Shown here: positions 1-12,544 of the stretch, in pieces
How positions within the stretch are numbered: position 1 is the first letter of the stretch
How the letters are laid out: each line of letters opens with the position of its first letter
Assembly (NCBI GenBank): GCA_001244265.2
Contig: CDLV01000006.1
Location: 992,001-1,056,000 of the forward strand
Reading direction: 5' to 3'
Source: Microbotryum violaceum
Lineage: Eukaryota
DNA length: 64,000 nt
Program-made: the position numbers and the translations under genes
The notes under the pieces: model-generated
What the model was told of the DNA's origin: nothing
Databases searched by the model: none
The model's input: only the letters and a program-made list of their open reading frames with translations

Positions 1-17
1 TCCCAGGGCCTTCAGAC

Positions 18-2511
18 TCATTCTCCCAGCAAGCATTCCACCACACTGCCTTCGGTGCCCTCGTGATCAGCTGCAGACAATTGTATAATGACCTCGAGGA
101 GATTGATGGCGTTCCTGAAATGCGTTCGCATACCGCACAAAGTTGGGAGGACGAGTTCCAGTGCTGTAGCCGCTTCAGGGAGATCGAGTGTTGCTGTCTC
201 GCCCATCGACGTCCTCAATTCTATCAACGCCGAGAGGAGCCTGGGGTGCATTGGTGTGGGCGCAGAGATGACCTCCATGCCCGAGGCGTATTTCGGATCG
301 TTGCTAGGTGTTGAAAGGGAATGCTGGCCCTCTCGGGTGCTGGTCCACGCGTCCGGGCTAGACCCATCGGATTGCCCCGAAGGGAGCTCCTCAAGGACGG
401 CATCCGTAGCCGAGTCCTCGTTTTCCTCTTCTTTCGTCAGCGATTCTTCAGCACCTGCAGAACCAGCTTGTACTTGTGCTCCACTCCCACCCGGAGCGTT
501 CGGAAGCGGTGTCTTGGGTGGTGGAGTGATCCGACGAGGAGGTCGGCGACGGGACCCAGATTCGGGTGAGCATCCTGCCGAGGTGGGCATCTCTTGATCG
601 CTTGCACATGTGGAGTTCACTGAAGAGGTCGCAGGTATGATCAGATTCTCGGGTCGGGGTTTGGTTGTGTAGATCGTTTTTGAGGTGGGGTCTGGAGCTG
701 CATCGAGCTTGGACGACGATTCCGACTCGACAGGGGTCCGGGATGGTGAAGTGCTAGAAGCGGAGAGAACGAGGGGGAGCACGCTTGGGAAACCTTGCTT
801 CGTCAACGTAATCATAGCAGGCGTACTACTGCTAGTCCGAGGCTTATTGCAGGGAGACGAATCTGATTTCTGCCACGTTGATCCAACGCCATGTCGAGAC
901 TTGCGACCGAAAGGGGACCCGTCCCCTCCCGGCGAGGCGATCGACCCACTTCCCGGTCGGCCCTTGATGGGGCTTTCACCCGTGGCGATCGGACCCGTGT
1001 CGTCCTCTGCTCGGTGTTTGGGTTCGTATTTGCGCTCAAATGGCTTGTGATCGAGTGAAGAAACCGTATCTTCGACCTTGGGTGTTGGGTTTGGCGATAT
1101 TCTCCGGGCCGTCGAGGTGGATTGTTGACTGCGCGAATGAAGTCGATAAAATATGAGGCTCGAAATCCCATCTTCTGCGGGGTCCTGACTTCATGGGGCT
1201 CACCTGGTTGTTCGAGAAGTGGTCGAAGATCCCTCCGACGACGAGGGGGAGATTGGACTCCCTCCTGCCGACGACGTAGCGATGATACTCCTTCGCCGAG
1301 CACCTGGGCTCTTCTCCAGCTCTTCGGCCGTGTAGGACATGTGTCGAGGAGTGGACGGGTCCGACCTGGGTGGAGAAGCCAGGATCTCTTCTTCTGCTAC
1401 ACCGAGGCTATCGACACGGCTGAGCTCATCCCCCGACACCCACTGGGCCGCTAAGCTAGCATCTTCAGGCATCCCCGCATCCCATTCGCCACTTGAATTG
1501 GGTGCACCCGCGGTCGAACGTTTTCCGCGTTGGCTCGTCATCATGGGATTGCCTTCCAAAGCGACCTTGAGATCACGGAAGAAGACGCGCGTAGGCGAAG
1601 GCGCCGATTCATGCACGTCTTGGACCTTGTCTGAACTCCCGACGGACGTGGGTTTGAGTCGGGGTAATTGAAACGGTGATCCCATATGACTCGACCCCCC
1701 GGGAGTGTAACACCCTTCGTCGGGGTTTGAAGATCTGAGGAAACTCATCAATGATTCCGAACCTGGCGATTCGGCCATATGCAAAGAAATCTTGCGCGTA
1801 TGAGGATCGAGCGATCGCGCAAATTCATCGGCAGCCAGGGCTTGTTCCTGCGCTTTGGTCATGCGAGACGTTGAACCCGTTACCACATTCCCCAACGACC
1901 CAACGCGACCCGTGCGAAAGAGGGAACCGGAGGAACGACTAATACGGATGGATTTGCGGAGTGCTGCGGCGATGGATTCACTCGTGCCACCATTGGGTTG
2001 GTGAGATGAGATGCCGGCGGATTGCTTGGTCCGAGCGAAGAGCCCACTGCGCTTCTTGACGCGAGGGCTCGAGTTATCGGCCACGGATTCTCGGGAAGGG
2101 TTCTGCATCCAGTTCGGTGGTCCCGAGTTGAGGATGTCTGAGCGTAGGCAATGTTAGCCACCCTTTAGCTCCGGAGCCGAAAAGGGGAAACTATTCGAAC
2201 CTACCAATGAGGGTCTCCCGCGTGCCCGCACGTCGCCTCGCCGAACTGTACCCGAACTCGCCCAGGTCATCGTCCAGGTCATCGTCCAGGTCATCGTCCA
2301 GGTCATCGTCCAATTCCTCCTCCTCATCACTCTCCTGTACCCTCTTGGCAACCGCATCCCTCGCCTTCCACTTGACCGTAGGTGAGGTATTGATCGGAGT
2401 TACGGATGAGAATGATTGAGCTGGGGATGAGTAAGAAGAGCTCGGCGCACTGCTTAGGCTCGCGCCGCTGCTGCTGGTGCTTAAGGTCTTCGTGGCGACT
2501 GGTGAACCCAT
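18..2511 (-). CDS. Uncharacterised Ser/Pro-rich protein with repeated 'xL(I/M)(D/S)(I/F)LxSxxP' motifs; 3 exons
   Basis: ORFs 2191-2511, 1200-2108 and 18-815 join in frame through GTAGGT..CAG and GTGAGC..CAG introns. The join gives 'RETLIDILNSGPP' and later 'ESLMSFLRSSNP'. The C-terminus looks helical. Confidence 0.65.
2263..2311. repeat. 12-bp tandem repeat (CCAGGTCATCGT) x~4 encoding DDDL repeats on the minus strand
   Basis: Directly visible in the sequence. Confidence 0.9.
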
Positions 2512-3472
2512 GGCGAGAGATGAAGTGGGGACGACGCTTGCAGGATCAGAGTCTTTTGAGTGGATGGGAGGTGGGAGCTTAGTCCATCCGTGGCCGCGTT
2601 GCTGTGGAGTGTCAGGGTGATGGAGGACGAGGGAATCGATCTCGCGTTAGCACGCGATGGGGAGCACAAGGGAGCGCCGCGCCTGGAGCCAGAGGCCTGA
2701 GCGTCGAGCCCCTCTGCGCCATGTTCAGCGCCAGTGTCTATCCACAACTCACCGAAGGGTGCGAACCTAGAGGGTTGCCCATCGAGCTACAGAGCCGGAA
2801 GGATGGGACAGGCCGTCCCAGGGACCAAGAGAGCCAACCTAGTCCAAGAGCGTCACAGCGAGGACAGGTGCTACGAGACACCCAAAGCGTGGAAAGGAGA
2901 CGCCGAGCCGCTCGGGCTCAGCACGCTTGCACAAACCCAGACTGGCCCCGAGTTTCCCGCCCGGCCCCAGCCACGGTGATGTCGATTTTCCGGGCGTTCA
3001 TGTGCTTGATAACACTGATTAAGCGGGGGCCGTGCTCTCGTATAAGAGGTCCCGCCACCTTCGGCTCCGTGTTCGGGTCAATCTTTCCAAGTCCCAGTCC
3101 CAGTTCCAGTTCCAGTCTCACCATACTGTCTGGACGCCGCTCCGATCGAAGAAGGCGTGTAAGGTATGCGCCTCTGATGTGCATAAAATACAATCTGTCG
3201 TTCTTGACCGCTAGGCTGAAAGCAAGACGTAACTAGAACTCGATAGTTCTAGCTACTCAGAAGCTACTTACGGGGCTGTTCCTGTGAGGCATCCCCTTCC
3301 AGCCCTGGAAGGGGATGCCTTGAAGGGCGCGCACAAGTCGGAACAAGGAGGGGCCCTCGCAAGGAAAGGCCTCCGTTTCGCTGCATGCACCCACATAACA
3401 CTACTTGCACATTCCATTGCGTAGAGCGAGAGATAGAAACACGAAAAAAGTCGAACTTTAACCACCGTACCA

Positions 3473-4858
3473 TCAGGTGTAGTAGTCCAAGAACAACAAA
3501 GTCCCCGACGCCATGAGCAAAAAGACGAGCAACCATACCCGACTTTCTCTATTACGCTCTTTGGCCTTTTTCAACTGCACGTTCCCGTCATCGATCTTGC
3601 CCGTCACAACCATGGCGTCGTCGTACAACTTGTCCGTCAACTCGCTCTGCGCCGAGAGATGTGTCGCCAATTGGGTTTGCAAGGCCGAAATTTCGAGCAG
3701 GGATGATTCGGCATGCTTCAATGAGGCAAGATCGGTTTGAGTCGCTTGCAGGAGCGCGGACTCTTCCCGTTCGAATTGTTGAATTTGGTCCTCGGTCAAC
3801 ATCGTAGAGAGCGGATCGGTCGAATCCGCGGCGATACCCAACATCGCACCCGCTGATTGGGAGGCCGAAAGGGGCATCGGTACTGGTCGATAGATCGAAG
3901 GCACGCCGGCGGTATGACCTCCCCTTGACCCTGGACCTGGTCCATTAATCCCGAGCTCTTTTCCTTTCCCCTTGATCCGTGTGTTGTACTCGCCCTGGGC
4001 CTGATGAGCGAGCTTGACGCCGTATTCATCCATGCCGAGCGCGCCTCCCCCACCTAAGCCGCCGAGCGTCTGCGACTTGGCGAGTTGCCGAGCGACGCGA
4101 GTCTCTTGCTGCGAGCGCTGTTGTTCGGATACGCGTGCGAGCAATGTGTTGAGATAGAGGATAATGTAGGCTCGATGAGACTTGACCGACTCGAGAGTGG
4201 CGGTACGGGACGAGGAGGCGGTCATATCGGTCAATCCGAGCATTCGAACGAGGCCGCCATTGGGGTTCGCCTTGGCTTGATGGGATGCGCGGACTGTCAG
4301 AGTGAGAGTTTTATAAAATGAGTCGTGAAGCTCCGGGAAGGAAGCAACACCTTCATACGCGCGCAGACCCACCCTTCTCGAGCTGTTCGAGCTGCCGTAC
4401 GCGGTCGACGCTCTTCCTCAGCGCGACCTTGACCCCAAAGTCTATCTCGTCCCTCTCGCGATCGTTGAGCCACTTGACACCTTCCCAAGCTGCAAGCCCT
4501 TTGGAGGTGTCGATCGCTCGTGGCGGGTGGTGGGCGTGGTGCGCCGAGCTCGAGGTGGAGCCGAGGTCGAGGTAGGCTCGGCGGATCGAATGCAGGAACG
4601 AGGCGAACGATTGCAGGTTCGAGGCCTAGCGGAGAGGTGAAGATTAGTATCCACTCGAACGGGAGCCAGTTTGATTGTGTTCACACGCACGACTTGTTCG
4701 GCCTGCTTGGTCCAGGCATCGTCGGCGTGGGGTGATGGCGTGGCACGAGCTGCCTTGCTCTTGGACGAGGAAGCCTGCGATGGTGGCGGGTAACGAGCGC
4801 CAAGGGACCGCACCGCCTCGTGGAACTCGTTCGTTCGATTGATGGCTACGATGGCCAT
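3473..4858 (-). CDS. UFE1: Syntaxin-18/Ufe1-type ER Qa-SNARE
   Basis: N-terminal 'NRTNEF' peptide, 'FLHSIRRAYLD' and 'LNDRERDEID' motifs after splicing, SNARE coil 'ESSLLEISALQTQLATHLSAQ...GNVQLKKA', and C-terminal TM 'VWLLVFLLMASGTLLFLDYY'. Confidence 0.9.
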
Positions 4859-5134
4859 GATGGCGACTCGCCGCGGAGAGCAGGGCTGTGTGTTTGAGGT
4901 TGAGGCTGGGACTCGGAGCTGGAAGGACACACTTCGTCGTCAACGCGTCACCACCGGGCGCGTCAAGCGGCTAAGGGGCACCTTTCAATTCCCGATTAGC
5001 GGACCTCGGAACGGTAATGCGCAATTCGCACTTCGCACTTCGCAACCCAGCACGTGAGCACGACGTGCCAAGCGGTGGCGCTTACGCTTTGGGCTCTCAT
5101 CTCCTTCCTCCGTTGGTTCGTGTCGGCAGTCGAG

Positions 5135-5663
5135 ATGGTGTCGTACTGTAAGCAATGCGAGCAGAGCCGAACCTGAATGATCTACCCGCTAATTCCATAC
5201 ACTTTGAGCGCCTCAGACGACGAGCTCGAGATCGAGGACTTTGCCTGGGACGACACCAAAAAGGTCAGCAGCCCATCACCCGCCCTTCGTGCCTGCTGGC
5301 CAGAACGTCCAAACTAACACGAGCCTTGTTGATGAACCACAGGTCTTCCACTACCCCTGCCCATGTGGTGACCGCTTCGAAATCACGAGGGTGAGACTAT
5401 TCGCCACCACGAAGCCACCTTCCGTCGGCCGAGCTCACCCGCACTCACCCCGCCTGTTCTTAACACAGGCTCAACTATCCAAAGGCGAAGACGTAGCAAC
5501 ATGTCCAAGTTGCTCTCTCATCGTTCGAGTCGTTTACGACATGGTACGCCGTGACAGCTTCGGTTACACCCGGGCGCAAGTTTTCATGCGCGTTGAATCT
5601 GACCTTGATTCTTCTGTTCGGCAGATGGATTACGAGGATTACAGTGGAGACGAGGAGGTATGA
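5135..5663 (+). CDS. DPH3: Diphthamide biosynthesis protein 3 (CSL zinc finger), 5 exons
   Basis: Spliced product [61 protein letters not shown]... All introns are GT-AG. Confidence 0.95.
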
Positions 5664-6394
5664 GTATTTGGAGAAGCAGATAAGGTCGTTTATATCGAAG
5701 GACTATGCGCCTAAGGATCGTCAGAGCACTCCTCGGCGACTAGGCTCGTTCGACGTCAAGTCGTATCACACGACTTTTCGCTTCGGCGACTCGAGGTCTA
5801 TGACTCGGCCACCCTACCAGAGTCTAGATCAAACAACTCGAGTCAAACACAATTAGGCCGTTTCGAAACGATGGATCCGACGAGCCGATGTTGAACACGT
5901 CGGGAAACCCCGGAGAGGCGCCTATCGGGCATCCGCCACCTCGACAAGTCAGTCTTGGGTCGTTCACTTCATCTGTTGCTTTTCGCATCGTAGAATGGCG
6001 GTTCATCGTGGGATCATCATGCTGGGAGCTCTAAGGAAAGGGGATTCGAGGTTGGCAAAGGTTTCAGAGCAATGCGGCGGAGGAGAATTCCGACCATTTG
6101 TTTCTGGTGGCGCACTTTTGGTAGCAGCAGATTCGGACTGTTTTCACTGGAGGCGAATGATTTGATAGGTCGATTGCAGCTTCCAAAAAGCCACCTTCAA
6201 ACGAATTGCCACGCAATGCCCCCTTCATCCCTGAAGTTGCTGGCTCGGACTTCATCGGGTTCAGGCCTTTCCGCGTCGCACGCGACTGGATTGACATCAT
6301 CGTAAGCGCGTAAAAGCTCGCGAGCCACTTACAAGCTTAGATCCGCAACCACTACCCCGGGAGCCCTCCAAGCCTCCGCCGAAATCTACCGAGC

Positions 6395-7734
6395 ATGCCG
6401 AAGGATACAACTGATGACGTGGCACTGTCTAGAAGGGTGAGTATCAATGTCGCCTGTCCGAGCTCCCTGTTGAAATGAACTGACACGCGTCGACGCGCGT
6501 CCCCGACGTGGGATCATCACAGAGCCTCAAAGCTGGGGTCTGGTACACTGTTGCCAAGGTGAGTATTCACAGAGATGCATCCTTCTATGCGCTCGCATTC
6601 ACTAACCTTATCACGGTCCTCCCACCTCTCTCTGAACCAGCTCGCAGAAGAAGCAGGTCCGTGAACCTTCACTCTGTGCTCAACCCACTCCAAATCCTGT
6701 TCAACGAAACCTGATCCTCTCGGTTCTCGTATGATTGTTTTCAGAAATGGACGGTATCAAGTGTGCCGTTTCCGAACATTTCGTCGCCGCCTTGACCGAA
6801 TTCGTCTTTCAAAAAACTCGTCAGTGACTAAACCTACTTCCTTCGGTCTTCTCGGGGGGGAGGCGAGTTTTGACCGCTTTGGAAGGTGGTTTTGAATACG
6901 GGTTCTCTAGTCTCGTTGGCCAAGGACTTGGAAAGGTTCGCAAAGTGAGTCTCCATCTTTAATCAGAGACGTTGGACGGACTGTGAATTCAAGTGACTGA
7001 CTTTGTCCGGTTGTCGTGAAGCCATGCGGGGCGAACGGCCATCATGATCGACGATGTCAAGGTAAGCCTCCTCATTCATCAGATCACCTATCTCAACACA
7101 ATTAAAGGACTATTTCCCGTCTTCAATCCCACCCTCGTAGCTCGCAGTCCGACACAACGAAGCGCTCGTAAGCTCAATTCGTTCCCTACGCCAAAGAATA
7201 CTTTGCCCATCAGACTTGACCCCTTCATCCCTCTCGCCGTTCGAGTAGTACGAAGCCATTTGCACCGAAGCACTCCAACGTGGACTGGGTTTGAAGGATC
7301 TCAGAACGATCGCTCGACCTGTAGCTGCTAGAGGGTCGGTTACCAAACGCACCGCTTCGACCAAACTGGCTTCGACGAGTAAGGCAAAACCGAAAGTTGT
7401 GGCTACGAAAGGAAGGGTTCCGGCGAAAGCGAAGGTGACGGCGAGTAAGGTTGGGGGCATGAAGAAGGGGAAAGAGAAGGAGAGGATGAGGGATTCGGAT
7501 GATGATGAGGGAGAGAGTTTAGGGGAGGAGGATAGTGATGATCCGAGATTGCAGTCGAGGAGGGGGAGCAGTGAGGAGCATGAGGACGAGGAGGAAGATG
7601 ATGATGATAGTCTGTTGGATAGCGATGATAGTGAGCCGGTTAAGAAGAAGAAGAAGATAGTCAAGAAGGGCAGTGATGGGGGGAGTACGAAAAGGAAGGG
7701 CCAAGCGAAGGCGGGAATGGTCAAGAAGAGGTAG
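6395..7734 (+). CDS. MHF1: CENP-S/MHF1 histone-fold protein with long basic/acidic C-terminal tail, 8 exons
   Basis: Spliced small exons give 'SLKAGVWYTVAKLAEEAE...HFVAALTEFVFQKTLSLAKDLERFANHAGRTAIMIDDVKLAVRHNEAL', matching the CENP-S signature DLExFAxHAGR..I..DDV. The last exon runs into ORF 7291-7734. Confidence 0.88.
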
Positions 7735-7910
7735 TGGAGGGCCGGGGTTCGGTATATTTCAGGTTGACCGCGCCTTTCGTTGAAAGGTCTTTCGAGAGAG
7801 CGGGAGGAAGATACGAGAGGATCATGTTGCACATGCATGTACATACTAAGATTACGGAACAAGTATGCAAAGAGACTGCTACCACTTGCACTTCGCCCTG
7901 CCGCTGCCCG

Positions 7911-10900
7911 TCATCTCCTAACCGCCTTCTTCTCCAACCACTGCAAATAACTCAAATAATGATTTTTCTCGATCACACCTTTATACAAACCCTTATCATC
8001 CACGACGACGACATACCTCACCCCCAACTTGACGAACAGCTCATGCACCAACTCCATCGGGGACCTAAGGGACACGGTGATGGGTGCCATATCGACCAAC
8101 CAAGAGAAATCGCACCCTGCGGGAGTGGCGACTCGGGATGCCTGAAGCGAGATCCCTTGTCTTGACGCTGACGCGACCCGGAAAGTACATGGCGTCGTAG
8201 GTGAAGAAAACGTGAAACTGGATCGAACCAAACCGAACTCCAGTTCCTTCGAAGCGAGGTAGCCGTACATCCTTTGACCTCCCCCTTCTTCGGAAGCGAC
8301 GATGGGGAACCCACCGCCTACACCTTGTTCGTACAAGGACGCGAGTTTGGAACGCAGGGAGCCAAAAGTATTGTCTTCGTCGAGAGAGATGACAGGTGTG
8401 TCGGACGCAAGGATGTCGCCCGGGGTGGACTCGTGAATGTATTCGAGCTTGGCTTTGGGGGGAACAGACAGGGGTTAGTTCCACGGCCTCTGAAGCGATT
8501 CGGTTAAAAGAGACGACGTACCATCAAGATAAGGTAGATCATTGAGTCTGTGATGTAGAGCGCTTCAATTTCAGTGTGGGTCAACGATGATGCTGAATGA
8601 AGATACACGACGCACTCGATCACGAGATCATAGATACTCCTCGGCTCGATCGCATCGCCGACGGTTTTCGCCACCACGACCCCAAGCATAACGGGGACCG
8701 TATCTACAAACAACCCACCACGGCGAATCAGTTTCTAGCTCTCATCCTATCGTAAGTTCACCCTACAATACTTACAAGCCAAAGTCGACGTCAATTCGAA
8801 ACAAATCACCGCCAAACTGACCGTCGTCCTCGTTACTCCCGCCAGCGCCGAAACAGCTCCAATCATGGACCAAACACCCGGTAGAACACACGCCTGACCG
8901 AACGGGAGAGGTTCCTGTTCGTTCGAGGTTCGACATGCTGCGAATACAGTCCAGGTTGGGTTACGGGCGTGCAGGACTTCGACGAGCAGGCCGGCGATGC
9001 GGCCTGTGCAGGCCCCAACGACGAGGGTGGGGATGAAGATGCCGGCCTGCAAGGACGTTTGAGGAAGCGATGGTCAGCGCAAGCTCGCCTAGCGATCGGG
9101 TAAAGGGATGTCACTCACGGGTAATTTGATGCCAAACGTAATGACCGTCAACGCCGCTTTCGCAACCAAAGCGAAGGCTACACTCCCAATCAAAGCCCAT
9201 GCTTCGCCAGGTACATCCACACACAACGCACTCTTATTCGTTGAATCGATATGACATTCCGAGAACAACTCGGAAATGAATTCCGTGCCTCCCATCTTGG
9301 TCCAAGGGTTGTAGAAAGCGATGGCGACGGTGATGAGGGTGACCAAAGCGACTTCGATGATGGGATGGGATCTGAGGAAGGTCCCATTGCGGACGCGACG
9401 GGTCCACCAGATGTTGGCTTTGCAGAACAAAGCGCCGTAGACGCCTCCAAAAGCCCCGAGGAGGAGAAACCCGATTAATTCGAACGTGTGCCAGTCCTGT
9501 AGGTACTTCGATTTTTACAATCAGCCCGGAAGGTTCCTGTCGTTGCAAAGGCAGGAACCACCCACCCTGTCGTAGGTGACCTCGAAGAGAACGGTCTTGC
9601 CCGTCCCGAACGGATCCAGCATTTTCAGCGAGATCGCCGCGATCATGGCGCACCAAAACGACCTGATCATCGTCCTCGAGGGGAAGAAGTACGACACCTC
9701 CTCGAGGGAGAACAACGTGCCTCCCACAGGAGCACCGAAGGAGACCGAGACACCTGCAGCACATGCGGCACTGAGGATTTCGCGCCGTTTACCTTCGTTG
9801 CGATCGTACTTGGGGAAGAAACGTGAGGCGATGTTGCCGACCGCTGAAGAGATGTGGACCAAGGGACCTTCTTTACCGAGGGAGAGACCGGACGCAACGC
9901 TGAAGGAGAGTCCGACAGCTTTAGTAACGAGCGTCCATGTTCCGAGGTAGCCTCGGATGACCATGCCTGAGAGTATAGTCTTGATCTCTGGGATACCCGA
10001 ACCGGCGGCAAAGTACATGACTTTCCGAGGGCGAGGCGTCGGGAGTTGCAGCTTGCCGTCGTCGGCCCTCAATGAGTCTTCTGGGCGGAAGGACACGGAG
10101 GGGGAGGGACTCAGGCCTGGGCGAGAGGAGAGCAAGGCGGGGAAGGCGGGTGAGAAGCCGGGGTGGGGTATCGAAGGCGAGTCTTTTGAGGAATAGACCG
10201 AGTCCGAAGCCGTGAGGTAGATGGTCAAAGAGGCAGCGAAGACCGCGAAGAGTACCTGGCATCATCCCAAATATAGATCGATCAGCGTACCGATTACCTG
10301 AAAAACTTGGGTAAAACCCTTACAGCGATGCAAATAAAGGCGAGATATGCGATAGCCTCGGCATAATGCTCGGATCCGCCCCTGTCGACCCAAACCTGTG
10401 CCCAGGTGCGCCAGTTCGCGCAGTGATCCTCTACCTCCTCGACCGGTGGAGATCTCACGACCGACATGAGACTGAAGATAGACCCGGTCCTTCCTCTTCG
10501 CGCTACGGGACAGCAGAAGCGTTTTGCGAGCCGTGGGTTGGTCGCGCAGTATCCGTCTTTGAGATCAAAGAGGAGCATCTCGGAGGAGGTGATCATGAAG
10601 GCGACCACGGCGGTTAGAATTCCTGTGGGACTACAGAGAATCGGTAACATGCAAACGACGTTAACAAAGTGGTCCTCACCGATCACGGTCACCAATATCC
10701 ACCCCTGGCTTCCGTCCCAGAGATTAACGAGCTGGCCGCGCAGGCCGTCGGTACGTTTGCGCAGACGAAGCTTGCGCATCCGATACGAGTGCTTGATCGA
10801 GTCCTATGGTGCAAAGGAAAGTCAGAGGCGACCCCAAATGGTACCCCGCGAATGCAAGACTGACATGAATCCAATCTGATTAAGAGGTCAAAGGTTCGTG

Positions 10901-11736
10901 TTAGTCGATGACTTTGTCCGGAATGGCGCTCGGGCAACTGACCGATCGTATGAAAGTTGTCTAGAGCACCCGACGGGAAGAGTTTGCCGGGAGGTCAGAG
11001 TCTTGCACTAGCATTTCTCCCAAAGGCACAATTCTGTCCTTACCGTACCTGTGCATCAACGGCCATTCGAAATCAGTTCATGCTCACGACACCAATTCGA
11101 GATAATCACGTACCACTGCCTGATGCCATTCCCCGCCTCGCCCTGCAAGTCATGCCTAAACTCGCCATCATACCCCTTCAAACTCGGTGTCCCCTTGCCA
11201 CTTTTCCTTCTCCTCCCTCCCCTCCAACTGATGCCTTCCTCTGGCTCATCCCCTCTCCGCCAATGTTCCTGATCCGAAAACAAACTCGCGCATTCATCGT
11301 ATTGCTCTCCATCTGGGTCGGCGTTGGGAGAAGGGGCGTCGTTGAAATGGAGACTGAGCGCTTGGGGGTGGCCCGCCGCGCCGGCACCGGAATGGGCCCC
11401 ACCCGAGATGTAATCCGACACGGCCGCGCTCAATTTGCGCACGTTCTGGATCCCACTCGAGCTTGATTTGACGCGGTGCAAGAGAAGAGGGCTTCGTTCG
11501 TCTTCAGTTGAATTGTGCGTAGGTGTTGACAGTCCAAATGCGCCGAGAGAGGGAGTCGTGACCGTGGTGTTGAGATGAGGCACCGGGACCCGTGCGGCGG
11601 CGGCGGCGCGTAAAGGGGAGCGTGAACGTGACCGTGACGACGATGACGGAGCGTGATCTATGGCCGTCAATGTGACTGAACGCGTACTGGAGCGAGACCG
11701 GGATGCTGAGAAGACACTACTAGTTGACGGGTCCAT
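7911..11736 (-). CDS. CLC-family chloride/proton exchanger (Gef1/CLC-3-like) with C-terminal CBS domains
   Basis: Motifs [30 protein letters not shown] and SIYD, plus CBS-like '[19 protein letters not shown]'. Multi-exon. Confidence 0.95.
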
Positions 11737-12544
11737 GATCGAGGCAATCGGTGGCTACGGGTCAGGAAGAAGGCGAAGGACGAGGATGGCGGACGTGCCG
11801 CTGGCGTCGATTGCGAACGGGATGCTTCAAGTGGGGGAGAAGGAGGACCGAGCACGGGTCGCGCGCTGGGGGGCCGCGTTGGATGACACACCCTGTCACC
11901 CTTCCCACCTCTTCCCACGTGACCCTAACCACCCAAGAGTCACCGAGCAGATGGTGGATGTGACGTGGCCAGTGTTGAAGGAGACCACCGATCTCCGGGT
12001 GTATGCGTAAGGGGGTTTGGCGGCCGATCTCCGGAAAAGACTGAGATTCGGAGGGCGAGGGGAATGAAGGCAAGCGCACCACTTAGCGCGCGTCAATAGG
12101 GCAAGGAGCGCGGCGTTTGTCGATTGTCGACTCGAGGTGGTCCGAGCTCAAAGTAGACCGTCACAGGCTCACAGCCCAGGGATCTGCCCAGAAGGGCCCA
12201 GGTGCCCGCAGCGCGCGTCCGTCGTCGCACCCACCCAATACCTCGCCCTGCAAAAGCACGCTTCCAAGCCCGTCGTAGGTGTCTCCGCTCGGTCGACCTG
12301 CCCCCCATTCGAGAACATACCCCCGCGCGAGTCAAGTCAAACGCAGGAAGCCACCAGCGCCGAAGTAGAGCATCTCGTTTGCGAACGCACGAGCACGACA
12401 GCCCCCGTCGCGACCAGCGTCCCACGTCGCTCCCGCGCCCGAGTCGGAACACGTCAGGAGGTGTGCTACCCAACCGCCTCACCGTCCGACGGCACCCCAC
12501 TCCCGCCCGTCGTCCTCCCTACCCCTCCACCCTAACAAGCCACG

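Noticed and set aside
2604..3236. ORFs on both strands between gene 1 and UFE1
   Set aside because: No motif or coherent splice structure. The 'LELELGLGLG' stretch comes from a hexamer microsatellite.
5664..6394. Possible tRNA, ncRNA or gene relic between DPH3 and MHF1, and CGCG/ACGCGT (MCB-like) sites near MHF1
   Set aside because: No cloverleaf, box motifs or coding motif found. CGCG words are frequent in this CpG-rich sequence.
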